This document shows, in pieces, positions 18,878 to 28,404 of a stretch of DNA of 64,000 nucleotides; position 1 is the first letter of the stretch; every line of letters begins with the position of its first letter. The DNA is taken from NCBI GenBank assembly GCA_903901225.1, contig CAIUQE010000010.1, positions 17,911 to 81,910 of the forward strand, in the 5' to 3' direction. Under the pieces are notes generated by a model, which saw only the letters and a program-made list of their open reading frames with translations, was not told where the DNA came from and did not search any database. A program made the position numbers and the translations under genes. Source of the DNA: Candidatus Omnitrophota bacterium (GTDB lineage Bacteria; Omnitrophota; Gorgyraeia; Zapsychrales; Fredricksoniimonadaceae).

Positions 18878-20692
18878 TCATTCCCGTTCAGGCTTCGCCA
18901 AAACCCGCTTTCCGGCGGGTTTTGCTTTTTCAAGCTTTTCAATGTCGGCCAGCGCCTGGGTGATGGCGGGGTCGCCGGGCTTCACCTGCAACTGGGTGGT
19001 GAGGTAGCGCCGGGCGTCGGTATAGGCGCCTTCGCGGTAGGCGATCTTGACCAGCAGGTCAAGGATGTAGGGCTTTTCATCGCACATCGGGTAGAACTGT
19101 TCCAGGACCCGGCGGGCCTCGCTGTAGTTCTCCTGGTTCAGGAGCACCTGGGCCAAAGACTTGTAAGAGAAGATGAAATTGGGCTGCCGGGCGATGGCCG
19201 TTTCGTAGTTGGCCTGCGCCAGCGCCCACTGCCCCGCGTCGCGATAAATGTTGGCCAGGTTGTGGTAAGCCACGGCGTTGGTCGGGTCGAGGTCAATGGC
19301 CTTTTTGTAGGTGGCGGCGGCTTTATTGATAATGCCCGCGTTCGCGTAGGACATGCCCAGGTTATTGATGACGCGGTAACTCGTCGGGGCTGTCACGGCC
19401 AGTTGTTCGTAAAATTTAATGGCCGTGCGCCAGTCCAGGCAGCGCCAGGCGCTCCTCACCCCGAAAATACAGACAACGCCCAGGACGCAGGCGATGAAGA
19501 GGCGGCGCTGTTTTTCCGTGACGGCGCGTTCATGCGCGAGCACCAAAACAATAATGATGATCCCGATCATCGCGCTATAAAGGAAATGTTCGTAGACCAG
19601 CGCGTTGATGATCACAAAAAGATTACAGGTCGGCAGGATGCCCGTGAAGGCCCATAGCACGCCAAAGGCGACGGCGGGGCGTTTTTTCCAGTTGCGCGCG
19701 GCCAATCCCGCCAGCAGGGCGCACAGTGCCATGCCCCAGAGCACATCCGGTTCAACAAATGATGCCGGCGGGGTTACAAGGCGTTCGACGCGCAGGTCAT
19801 AGGGCGTGAAGATGAACCCCGCGTAGAGCGCGATGGCGCGGAAGAAGGCGGCCAGGCGCATGCCGAAATGCGTGGTGAATGGTGTGTCTTCATGATAAAA
19901 GTTGAACGAGTTGTTGAAATTGAGCACCGTGGCGCGCAGGAGGATGTAGCCGCAGGCCATGAGGATGAACGGCCATAACGCGGCAAGGACGCGGCCGGCT
20001 TTTTTGATAAAAGCTTCCTGAGGCGTGAGGAAAAAGAAATCAGCCAGGGCAATGAAGGCCACCAGAAGGATGCCTGTTTCCTTGGACAGGAGCGCCAGCG
20101 GGTACATCAGTAAAGCCAGCCACCAGGCACTGTTGTGGGGCGCGCTGACGCCCGCGCGGCGGAAGCGGGCGTAGAGGAATATCCCGGCCAGGATGAAGAA
20201 TGTCGCCATGGAGTCGCCCAGGCTGTTCGGATAGACGACCGCTTCGGTGTGCGCCGGATGGACCAGCCAGATGAGCGCGGCGAGGATGGCGATGGTCCTG
20301 TTGGCCAGCAGGCTGTTCAGGACATAAAAGAGCATGATCGCCGCCGCCGTGTGCCAGGCGATGGAGACCGCGTGCCAGCCGCACACCCAGTCGGCCCACA
20401 GGTGCCATTCGACCGCGAAAGTCGCTTGCAGCAGGGGGCGCCAGTAGTTGCTCAGCAGGTGGTTGCCCGCGAGCACGTTCTTCGTGAAGAAATTCGGCCA
20501 GTATTTCCAGTCCTGGATGAAGAGGTTCTTGAGGATGAAATCATCATCGTCCCAGAACATCTGGTTGGGCAGGCACAGGCAGTAGGTCAGGATGGCCGCG
20601 GCGATCAGCAGCAGGAGGACATTCTCGTCCCGCGCGAAGATGCTCCTCGCCCTGTTGATGGCTTTGTCCCAAAAGGATGGCGTGTTTGGCAT
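18878..20692 (-). CDS. TMTC-like multi-pass membrane protein (GT-C fold) with C-terminal TPRs
   Basis: FWDDDDFI, YWRPL, LVHPAHTEAV, LSKETG, YEHFLY; about 11 hydrophobic segments, then TPRs (NNLGMSYA, AYHNLANIY). Confidence 0.8.
   Translation of the reverse strand: MPNTPSFWDKAINRARSIFARDENVLLLLIAAAILTYCLCLPNQMFWDDDDFILKNLFIQDWKYWPNFFTKNVLAGNHLLSNYWRPLLQATFAVEWHLWADWVCGWHAVSIAWHTAAAIMLFYVLNSLLANRTIAILAALIWLVHPAHTEAVVYPNSLGDSMATFFILAGIFLYARFRRAGVSAPHNSAWWLALLMYPLALLSKETGILLVAFIALADFFFLTPQEAFIKKAGRVLAALWPFILMACGYILLRATVLNFNNSFNFYHEDTPFTTHFGMRLAAFFRAIALYAGFIFTPYDLRVERLVTPPASFVEPDVLWGMALCALLAGLAARNWKKRPAVAFGVLWAFTGILPTCNLFVIINALVYEHFLYSAMIGIIIIVLVLAHERAVTEKQRRLFIACVLGVVCIFGVRSAWRCLDWRTAIKFYEQLAVTAPTSYRVINNLGMSYANAGIINKAAATYKKAIDLDPTNAVAYHNLANIYRDAGQWALAQANYETAIARQPNFIFSYKSLAQVLLNQENYSEARRVLEQFYPMCDEKPYILDLLVKIAYREGAYTDARRYLTTQLQVKPGDPAITQALADIEKLEKAKPAGKRVLAKPERE
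18899..18930 (+). terminator. Intrinsic terminator for the large protein gene
   Basis: CAAAACCCGC-TTTCCG-GCGGGTTTTG followed by CTTTTT; lies inside the 3' end of the convergent CDS. Confidence 0.65.
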
Positions 20693-20751
20693 GGCCGCGG
20701 TTACGTCCGTTAAAAATTAATACACATTATTTTATTTGATATTATAATCTC

Positions 20752-21297
20752 ATGAACATGTGGCGGTTAGTTTTCCTTATAATTTTTATTCCTGCGCTGA
20801 CAGGATGCGACAGGATCTATACGTTTCTGCATAAACCCGGCGGTGAAGAGCGCCAGGTCCTGGGTGTTGTTGAGTTCGACGTGTACAATCCGCGGGTCGA
20901 ACTGATCCAGAAATACCTGCGGCTTCTCGGTTACCATATCGGACGCCCTGACGGGAAGTTCGGCGCGGGGACCCGGGATGCCGTGGCGAAGTTCCAGGCT
21001 GATGAAGATATCGAGGTCACGCGGTTCGTCGACAAGGCGACCTGGGCGAAGCTGCAGGAATATATCCAGGGGCCGTTCGTCAGGAAGGATGCTCTCAATG
21101 CCCGTGCCGTGCAGAAGGCACTGGTCAAGGCGGGGTTCGATCCCGGCAGGCTGGACGGGCAACTGGGCGGGCAGACCAAGTCCGCCCTCAAAGGTTTCCA
21201 GCGGGAGCATGGCCTGACACCCGACGGGCTTACCGGGTCCAAAACGTTGCGCGCGTTGTTACCCTATGCAACACAGCCGGCAGCGGCTGCTAAATAA
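20752..21297 (+). CDS. Lipoprotein with two peptidoglycan-binding (PG_binding_1) domains
   Basis: Lipobox LTGC; DGKFGAGTRDAVAKFQ and DGQLGGQTKSALKGFQREHGLTPDG. Confidence 0.85.
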   Translation: MNMWRLVFLIIFIPALTGCDRIYTFLHKPGGEERQVLGVVEFDVYNPRVELIQKYLRLLGYHIGRPDGKFGAGTRDAVAKFQADEDIEVTRFVDKATWAKLQEYIQGPFVRKDALNARAVQKALVKAGFDPGRLDGQLGGQTKSALKGFQREHGLTPDGLTGSKTLRALLPYATQPAAAAK

Positions 21298-21311
21298 CGA
21301 AAGCATTGTTT

Positions 21312-23225
21312 ATGAATATCATCGTTCTTGTCAAACAGGTCCCGGATGTGTCGAATATTCCCGCCGAGGCATGGGACCGTGAAAAAGGCACGCTCAAGCG
21401 CAATCTTCTCGAAGCTGTTTTTAACCCGCTGGACCTTCAGGCGCTGACCTTTGCCTGCCGGATGCGCGACCTTTTGCCTGAAAAAGGCCGGGTCGTCGCG
21501 TTGACCATGGGTCCGCCCATGGCGCGCGGGATGCTCGAAGATGCCCTCGCGCGTGGCGCGGATGAAGCCGTGCTGCTGACGGACATGAAATTCGCCGGAG
21601 CTGATACGCCGGCCACGGCTTTTGCCCTGGCCCAGGCCGTGCGCCGGATCAGCCGCGACATTTTCAAGGACGAGAAATATATCATTGTTTCCGGCATGCA
21701 GTCCGTTGACGGCGACACGGCGCAGGTGCCGCCCCAGATCGCGGAAGAACTTGGTATCGAGCACATTGCCTACGCCCGCGGGGTTGAGGTGGATGCTGAT
21801 GGCACGTTGCGCATCGAGCGTGTCGGGCCCGAGGGGCTGGAGGTGCTGAGTTCCACGCGCTATCCTTATCTTGTGACCGTGATACGGTGCATGGATGCCT
21901 TGAACCGTTCGTTCCAGCGCACGCGCGCCATACGCCTGGGGCAGGGCGGCAAGGTCCAGGTCTGGGATGCCGCCGCGGTCGACGCTCCGGCGCAGAAGAT
22001 CGGGTTGAAAGGTTCGCGCACCTGGGTGTCGCGTGTTTTTTCCTCGTCACTGGAACGCGCCAAGCCCTGCGTTTTTCCTGAAGACATGGGAGCCCTCCTG
22101 GAACATTTGAAGAAGGATTATCAGCACGGGTGTTTTTCCCAGGAAGCCGCGGCGGCCCGTTATGACCTTGCCGGAAAACAGCCGACTTACCATGGCGAGG
22201 TCTGGGTTTACGGCGAGGTCAACCAGGGGCGTTTGACAGGGGTCACGCTGGAACTGGTCGCGAAAGCGCGCGAACTGGCCGATGTGCTTCACGAAAAAGT
22301 CGCGGTCGTTCTTCTTGGCGATGATGAGCGAGCCCATGCCCCCGCCCTTTTCGCCGCGGGCGCGGATAAAGTTTATCTGGCAGAACATCCTTTGTTGAAA
22401 GAGTTCCTGCCCATTCCTTATAAGAAGACCGTGGCCGCGATGGCCGCGCAATATAAGCCGCAGATCATCCTGCTGGGAGCGACAACGTTGGGCCGCGAAC
22501 TGGGCCCCCGCATCGCGTACGCGCTGAGCGCCGGGCTGACCGCGGATTGCACCGGCCTTGAGATCGGGGACCAGGCGCAGGGCAAGGACATGTACGTGGC
22601 CGCGCTCAAGCAGACGCGCCCCGCGCTGGGCGGTAATATCATGGCGACGATCCTGACGAAGGATTCGCCGTTCCAGATGGCGACTGTCAGGGCCGGGGTT
22701 TTCACTGCCCTGCAGCCAACGGCGCGCGCGGGTGAGGTCGTTCAGTTCACGCCGCAGATCGAGGCTGACGATATCCGTCTCGCGTGCCATCGCCGCAGCG
22801 CCCCCGCGGCCGAAGTGCATCTGGAACATGCTGACATCATCATTGCCGGAGGCCGTGGCATGGGATCACGCGCGGCTTTTGAGGAATATGCCCGTCCGCT
22901 GGCCGAGGCGCTGGGCAGCCTTTTCAATACCAAAGTGGAGCTTGCCGGGTCGCGCATGGCGGTCGAGGACGGGTTCATTGCCCAGCCGCGCCAGGTGGGG
23001 CAGACCGGACAGACCGTGGCGCCGAAACTTTACGTGGCGCTGGGGATCTCGGGTGCTGTGCAGCATGTGGCGGGCATGCAGCGTTCGGGTTTGATCCTGT
23101 CGGTCAACAAGGACCCGCAGGCGCGCATGTACAAACATTCCGATTACGGGGTAGTGGGTTCCGTGGAAGATGTTGTCCTGAAATTGATCAATGCCATAAA
23201 AGGAGGCCGTCATGGATCCCGTTGA
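21312..23225 (+). CDS. Fused electron transfer flavoprotein beta+alpha subunits
   Basis: VKQVPD, FAGADT, GMQSVDGDTAQV (beta), then GLTADCT, RPALGGNIMATI, QVGQTGQTVAP, GISGAVQH (alpha) in one frame. Confidence 0.9.
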   Translation: MNIIVLVKQVPDVSNIPAEAWDREKGTLKRNLLEAVFNPLDLQALTFACRMRDLLPEKGRVVALTMGPPMARGMLEDALARGADEAVLLTDMKFAGADTPATAFALAQAVRRISRDIFKDEKYIIVSGMQSVDGDTAQVPPQIAEELGIEHIAYARGVEVDADGTLRIERVGPEGLEVLSSTRYPYLVTVIRCMDALNRSFQRTRAIRLGQGGKVQVWDAAAVDAPAQKIGLKGSRTWVSRVFSSSLERAKPCVFPEDMGALLEHLKKDYQHGCFSQEAAAARYDLAGKQPTYHGEVWVYGEVNQGRLTGVTLELVAKARELADVLHEKVAVVLLGDDERAHAPALFAAGADKVYLAEHPLLKEFLPIPYKKTVAAMAAQYKPQIILLGATTLGRELGPRIAYALSAGLTADCTGLEIGDQAQGKDMYVAALKQTRPALGGNIMATILTKDSPFQMATVRAGVFTALQPTARAGEVVQFTPQIEADDIRLACHRRSAPAAEVHLEHADIIIAGGRGMGSRAAFEEYARPLAEALGSLFNTKVELAGSRMAVEDGFIAQPRQVGQTGQTVAPKLYVALGISGAVQHVAGMQRSGLILSVNKDPQARMYKHSDYGVVGSVEDVVLKLINAIKGGRHGSR

Positions 23226-24756
23226 CCTTCTTGTGATCGGCGCAGGCCCTGCGGGCCTTGCCGCGGCGATCCGTTTCAAACAGAAGAACAAGGATGCTTC
23301 GGTCGTTGTTGTGGACAAGGCGTTCAAGCCGGGGGCGCATACGCTCTCGGGCGCGGTGTTCGAGACGGCCTGCCTGGATGAACTTGTGCCGGGCTGGAGA
23401 GAGGCTCCCGATTCTTTCTTCGCGCAGATGATGCCCGTTGAAAAGGACGAGATGTATTTCCTGACGGCAAAAGCTTCCTGGCAGGTCCCTTCAGCCCTTG
23501 TTCCCGGCGGGATGCATCATCAGGGCGATCATCTGATCCCCCTGGGGCAAATGGTGGCTTGGCTGGCCAAGGTGGCGGCGGGCCTGGGTGTCGAGATCTA
23601 CACGGGATTTTCGGCCAAAGAGCTTGTGTGGGAGCAGGATGTTGTCAAAGGTGTCAGGCTCGTTGACCAGGGGTTTGGGCATGACGGGAAGCCGAAGCCG
23701 AACTTCCTGGCCGGTGAAACGATCCGGGCAAAAGTCACGATCCTGGCTGACGGCGGGCGTGGTGTCCTGTCCAGGAAATACGCGCGCAAGGCCGGCGGGA
23801 ACCAAAATCCTCAAGTCTATTCGATCGGCGTCAAGGAATTGCTGCGGGTGCCTTCGGCCAACGGGTTCGGGCCCAACCGCGCGGTCCACACGCTGGGTTT
23901 TCCCGTCAGGCCGGATGTTTTCGGCGGCGGTTTTGTTTACAGCATGGGCAAGGACCTTGTGGCTGTCGGGCTCATCCTCGGCCTTGACTGGCCCTACACG
24001 GACCTTGACCCCCAGCAGGAACTTGAGATCTACAAGGCGCATCCCTTGATCGCGGGGTTCCTGAAAGACGGGGTTGTGATCGAGGGCGGGGCCAAGGCGA
24101 TACCCGAGGGCGGGTTCTTCGCGCTGCCCGCGCTTTCAGGTCCTGGCGTTATTCTCGTCGGGGACGCCGCGGGATTTGTGAATATGGAAAAGATCAAAGG
24201 GATCCACTACGCCATCCTTTCCGGGATGGCGGCGGCCGACGCGGTGGCCGCGGGGGATCTTTCTCTTTATAAGGCCAACCTTGAGGCGCGCGGCGTCACG
24301 CGTGACATGCATCACGCCAGGAACTTCCGCGCGGCCTTCCAGGCAGGGCTTTTTACCGGGGCGCCGTTATCGATGGTACAATCGTTGTGGCCCTTCCGTA
24401 TCGGGATGCACCAGGACCATACGGCGACCCGTTCCGGGGCCGCCTTGAAACGGGACCATAAGGGCGGGCTTGACCGGGTAGGGCTTGCGGCGCTTTCAGG
24501 CACCATGCACCGTGAAGACGAGCCGTCGCATATTACGATACCCGACACGAACCTGTGCCGCCGTTGCCAGAAAGAATTCAACAGCCCGTGCACGCGCTTT
24601 TGCCCGGTGGAGGTTTACCGCCGCAAAGGGGACCTTGTCCATATCAGCGCGTCGAACTGCGTGCACTGCGGCAGCTGTGTCGTCAAATGCCCGCTGGCGA
24701 ATATTGTCTGGGCCCCGCCCGAAGGTGGCGAAGGGCCGCGTTATAAAATGATGTGA
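23212..24756 (+). CDS. ETF:quinone oxidoreductase with C-terminal 4Fe-4S domain
   Basis: GAGPAGLAAA, LSGAV, IPEGG, GDAAGFVN, KGIHYA, RFCPVEVY, NCVHCGSC, PEGGEGPRY. Confidence 0.9.
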   Translation: MDPVDLLVIGAGPAGLAAAIRFKQKNKDASVVVVDKAFKPGAHTLSGAVFETACLDELVPGWREAPDSFFAQMMPVEKDEMYFLTAKASWQVPSALVPGGMHHQGDHLIPLGQMVAWLAKVAAGLGVEIYTGFSAKELVWEQDVVKGVRLVDQGFGHDGKPKPNFLAGETIRAKVTILADGGRGVLSRKYARKAGGNQNPQVYSIGVKELLRVPSANGFGPNRAVHTLGFPVRPDVFGGGFVYSMGKDLVAVGLILGLDWPYTDLDPQQELEIYKAHPLIAGFLKDGVVIEGGAKAIPEGGFFALPALSGPGVILVGDAAGFVNMEKIKGIHYAILSGMAAADAVAAGDLSLYKANLEARGVTRDMHHARNFRAAFQAGLFTGAPLSMVQSLWPFRIGMHQDHTATRSGAALKRDHKGGLDRVGLAALSGTMHREDEPSHITIPDTNLCRRCQKEFNSPCTRFCPVEVYRRKGDLVHISASNCVHCGSCVVKCPLANIVWAPPEGGEGPRYKMM

Positions 24757-24767
24757 CGGGAGGTCTT

Positions 24768-25994
24768 ATGGCCGTGAAAAAAACAACTTTCTCCGCCGCG
24801 GACGAGCTCAAGGTCCTGCGCAAGGTCGTTGATATCACCACGTCGGAACTGGAACTTGACGGGGTATTGCACGAGATCGTCAGGACGGTGGCCGACATGG
24901 CCCGCGCGGACTCGGTCTTCATCTATCTTTTCGACGAGGACAAGAAGCATCTGATCCTGCGCGCTTCGAAGACGGCCCATACGAAAGAGCTTGGCCATGT
25001 CCTGCTCAAGGTCGGCGAAGGCCTCACGGGCTGGGCGGCCAAGAACAACAAGCCGGTCGTCATCCATGAGAACGCGTATAAGGACCCGCGGTTCAAGGCG
25101 TTCGCCGTCCTGCCCGAAGACCAGTATGAAGCTTTCCTGGCGCTGCCGGTCGTTTATCAGGGCAAGGCGATCGGGGTCATCAATGTCCAGCACAAGCATG
25201 TTCATGAATATCCGCTGAATGTGGTGAACCTCCTGGCGATCATCGCGCGCCAGGTGGGCGGGGCCATCGAGCATGCCCGGCTTTACAGTGAAACACACGC
25301 CAAGGCGATCCAGTTCGACGCGCTGGTGAGGGTCAGCCAGACGATCACGTCGGAAAAATACCTGGACGAGATCCTGAGCCTCATTGTCGTGGTGACGGCC
25401 GAAATGCTCAATTCGAAGATATGTTCCATCATGCTCCTGGACGCCAAGGGAGTGGAGCTGTCCATCAAGGCCACCCAGAGCCTGAGCGACGATTACAAGA
25501 GGAAGCCGAACCTGCGGGTCGATTCGAGCATGATGGGCGAGGTCCTGCGCAGCCGCAAGGCGATCGTCGTGGATGATGTCCGCCGGGAAAAACGGTATTT
25601 TTACCGGGAGATGGCCATCAAGGAAGGCTTGACGTCGATGCTCGCGGTCCCGATGGTCGTTCGTGACAAGGCCGTGGGCGTCATCAACATTTATACGAAA
25701 GAGCCGCATTTGTTCACGCAGAACGAGATCGGGATCCTGCAGATGGTGGCCAACCAGGCGGCGGTCGCGGTGGAGAACACCAAGCTCATGGAAGAGGCCC
25801 TCAAGGCCAAGGAAGCGCTGGAGACGAGGAAGCTCATTGAGCGCGCCAAGGGGGCGCTCATGAAGATGCAGAACCTTTCCGAAGACGCGGCGTACCGCCT
25901 GATCCACAAGAAGAGCATGGACACCTGCAAGACCATGAAGGATATTTCGGAGTCCATCCTGCTTTTGGCGGACATCCAGGGCAGTAAAATTTAA
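24768..25994 (+). CDS. GAF-GAF-ANTAR RNA-binding antiterminator
   Basis: Two GAF repeats (GEGLTGWAA, GVINV/GVINI) plus ANTAR ETRKLIERAKGALM..LSEDAAYRLIHKKSM. Confidence 0.92.
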   Translation: MAVKKTTFSAADELKVLRKVVDITTSELELDGVLHEIVRTVADMARADSVFIYLFDEDKKHLILRASKTAHTKELGHVLLKVGEGLTGWAAKNNKPVVIHENAYKDPRFKAFAVLPEDQYEAFLALPVVYQGKAIGVINVQHKHVHEYPLNVVNLLAIIARQVGGAIEHARLYSETHAKAIQFDALVRVSQTITSEKYLDEILSLIVVVTAEMLNSKICSIMLLDAKGVELSIKATQSLSDDYKRKPNLRVDSSMMGEVLRSRKAIVVDDVRREKRYFYREMAIKEGLTSMLAVPMVVRDKAVGVINIYTKEPHLFTQNEIGILQMVANQAAVAVENTKLMEEALKAKEALETRKLIERAKGALMKMQNLSEDAAYRLIHKKSMDTCKTMKDISESILLLADIQGSKI

Positions 25995-25996
25995 AA

Positions 25997-26025
25997 TTGA
26001 CAAAGAAAAAGACCCGCTATATACT
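25997..26025 (+). promoter_or_regulatory. Sigma70 promoter of glnA
   Basis: TTGACA (25997-26002), 17 nt, TATACT (26020-26025). Confidence 0.85.
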
Positions 26026-26038
26026 TTGTTGAGTTTTG

Positions 26039-26128
26039 AAGACAGCGCGGTCTTTAACTACATTTAGAGAAGCAGGGCAATGATGTCCTTTTTTGGAGAA
26101 AAAGATTTTTCCGGAAGAGGGCTTTTTT
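26039..26128 (+). promoter_or_regulatory. ANTAR dual-hairpin target RNA overlapping an intrinsic terminator
   Basis: P1 AAGAC-AGCGCG-GTCTT, P2 AGGGC-AATGAT-GTCCT (hexaloops with A1/G4); P2 3' arm starts terminator stem 26085-26122 followed by T6. Confidence 0.85.
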
Positions 26129-26189
26129 ATTAGCAAGGCGCATGAAGCCCTCAAACAAGTTTCAATCAATCATAACAAGGAGCGACGGT

Positions 26190-28286
26190 ATGGCGAAGGG
26201 AACCAAGAAGGTCATCAGCACGGTGGAGGCTATCTACGGCGAGAATGTCTTTAACGCCAAGGTCATGAAACAGTACCTGTCAAAGAAAGCGTTCGATTCA
26301 TTGAGCAAGACGATCAATGACGGCGGCGCGATCGACCCCAAGATCGCGGACGAGGTCGCGCAGGCCATGAAGGACTGGGCCGTTTCCAAGGGCGCCACGC
26401 ATTTTTGCCACTGGTTCCAGCCTTTGACCGGCTCCACGGCCGAGAAGCACGATTCGTTCATTTCTCCTGATGGCCAGGGTGGCGTCAAGATGGAATTTTC
26501 CGCGAAAGAGCTTATCCAGGGTGAGCCGGACGCCTCATCGTTCCCGTCGGGCGGTTTGCGCGCGACGTTCGAGGCCCGCGGTTACACGGCCTGGGACCCG
26601 ACCAGCCCCGCGTTCATCAAGGAAGGCGAGGATGGGACGACATTGTGTATTCCCACGGTTTTCTGCGGGTACCATGGTGAAGCGCTCGACAAGAAAACGC
26701 CGCTCCTGCGTTCTTCCGCGGCCCTCGCGAAGCAGATGGATCGTGCCGGCAAGATTTTCGGCGTCAAGGCGGTTACCAAGGCGTACGTGACCCTGGGGCC
26801 CGAACAGGAATATTTCCTGATCGACAAGACGTATTACGAGCAGCGCCTGGACCTTATCCAGACCGGTCGCACGCTGTTTGGCCGCAAGCCTGCCCGTCAT
26901 CAGCAGATGGAAGATCATTATTTCGGTGCCATCCGCCCGCGGATCCTGGCGTTCATGGAGGACCTGGACCAGGCGCTGTGGAAGCTCGGCATGCCCTCGA
27001 AGACCCGTCATAATGAGGTGTCCCCGGCGCAGTTCGAGATCGCGCCGATTTACGAGCGGCTCAACCTTGCCGTCGACCATAACCTGATCTGCATGGAGCT
27101 CATGCGCCAGATCGCCGACAAGCACGGGTTGGTGTGCCTCCTGCACGAGAAGCCGTTCGCCGGCGTCAACGGGTCGGGCAAGCACAACAACTGGTCTGTC
27201 GTCGGGCCTGATAGCAAGAACTGGCTCTATCCGGGTTCCAGCCCGCACGAGAACGCGAAGTTCTTGTTCACGCTGTGCGCGATCATCAAGGCGGTCGATA
27301 CGCACGCGGACCTGTTGCGCGCGGCTGTCGCGTCACCGGGCAACGACCACCGCCTGGGTGCCAATGAAGCGCCTCCGGCGATCATCTCGATCTTCCTGGG
27401 CGACCAGCTCAACGATATCGTGGAGCAGATCGAAAAGGGAGCGGCCACCAGCGCGAAGTCCGGCGGCACCATCACCATCGGCGCCGATGTCATTCCGACG
27501 CTGCCGCGTGATGCGACCGATCGTAACCGCACCTCGCCGTTCGCGTTCACGGGCAACAAGTTCGAGTTCCGCGCGGTAGGGTCCAACATGAACCCCGCGG
27601 CCGCGAACGTGGTCCTGAACACCATCGTGGCCGAGGCCATTGATGAGCTCTCGACCCAGCTTGAGGCGGATGTCAAGGCGAAGAAGGACTTCAACAAGTC
27701 CCTCCAGGCCCTGTTGCAAGCTGTCATCAAGAAGCACAAGCGTGTCATTTTCAACGGTGATAATTACACCGAAGAATGGCACAAGGAGGCCGAGCGCCGC
27801 GGGCTGCCGAACAAGAAGACCACGCCCGAGGCCCTCAAGGCTTATGAGACCGAAAAGGCGATCAAGCTTTTCGAGAAATACGCGGTCCTCACGAAAAAAG
27901 AGCTCCTGTCCCGTTATGAGATCTATATCCATAACTACAAGAGCGTCCTGAGCTACGAGGGCGAGTGCGCCCGGACGATCGCGGCGACGCAGATCCTCCC
28001 GGTGGCGTTCCAGTACCAGGCCAACCTTGCCGCGACGGTGAAAGCCGTTGACGAGGCCGGCGCGAAGTCAGGCGTTGCCAAGGAAGTCCTTGTGGAGGTT
28101 TCCGGCCTTATCGGGAAACTCGACACGGGGATCAAGGCGCTCGAAGCGGCCGTTGAGGCGCATGATACGGACAGTATCAAGTCGGCCCTTGTTGAAACGC
28201 GCGTGGCTGTCGACGCCCTTGAGGCGCTTGTTCCGGCGGACGCGTGGCCGTTGCCGACGTACGCGGAAATGCTGTTCCTGTATTAA
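26190..28286 (+). CDS. glnA: Glutamine synthetase type III
   Basis: HWFQPLTGSTAEKHDSF, GEPDASSFPSGGLRATFEARGY, GPEQEYFL, RLGANEAPP, DRNRTSPFAFTGNKFEFR, WPLPTY; AGGAG SD. Confidence 0.95.
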   Translation: MAKGTKKVISTVEAIYGENVFNAKVMKQYLSKKAFDSLSKTINDGGAIDPKIADEVAQAMKDWAVSKGATHFCHWFQPLTGSTAEKHDSFISPDGQGGVKMEFSAKELIQGEPDASSFPSGGLRATFEARGYTAWDPTSPAFIKEGEDGTTLCIPTVFCGYHGEALDKKTPLLRSSAALAKQMDRAGKIFGVKAVTKAYVTLGPEQEYFLIDKTYYEQRLDLIQTGRTLFGRKPARHQQMEDHYFGAIRPRILAFMEDLDQALWKLGMPSKTRHNEVSPAQFEIAPIYERLNLAVDHNLICMELMRQIADKHGLVCLLHEKPFAGVNGSGKHNNWSVVGPDSKNWLYPGSSPHENAKFLFTLCAIIKAVDTHADLLRAAVASPGNDHRLGANEAPPAIISIFLGDQLNDIVEQIEKGAATSAKSGGTITIGADVIPTLPRDATDRNRTSPFAFTGNKFEFRAVGSNMNPAAANVVLNTIVAEAIDELSTQLEADVKAKKDFNKSLQALLQAVIKKHKRVIFNGDNYTEEWHKEAERRGLPNKKTTPEALKAYETEKAIKLFEKYAVLTKKELLSRYEIYIHNYKSVLSYEGECARTIAATQILPVAFQYQANLAATVKAVDEAGAKSGVAKEVLVEVSGLIGKLDTGIKALEAAVEAHDTDSIKSALVETRVAVDALEALVPADAWPLPTYAEMLFLY

Positions 28287-28342
28287 AGACCTTCCCGGTC
28301 CCGGAGGCAGTTGCGATGGCCTTCGGGACCGTCCCGGTTTTC

Positions 28343-28377
28343 AGGGCTTGGCGCCGGATGGGCCAGGCCCTTTTTTT
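28343..28377 (+). terminator. Intrinsic terminator after glnA, preceded by a second 13-bp hairpin at 28296-28331
   Basis: AGGGCTTGGC...GCCAGGCCCT followed by a T run. Confidence 0.8.
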
Positions 28378-28404
28378 CAATTTGTGAAATAATAACGGTG
28401 TGTT

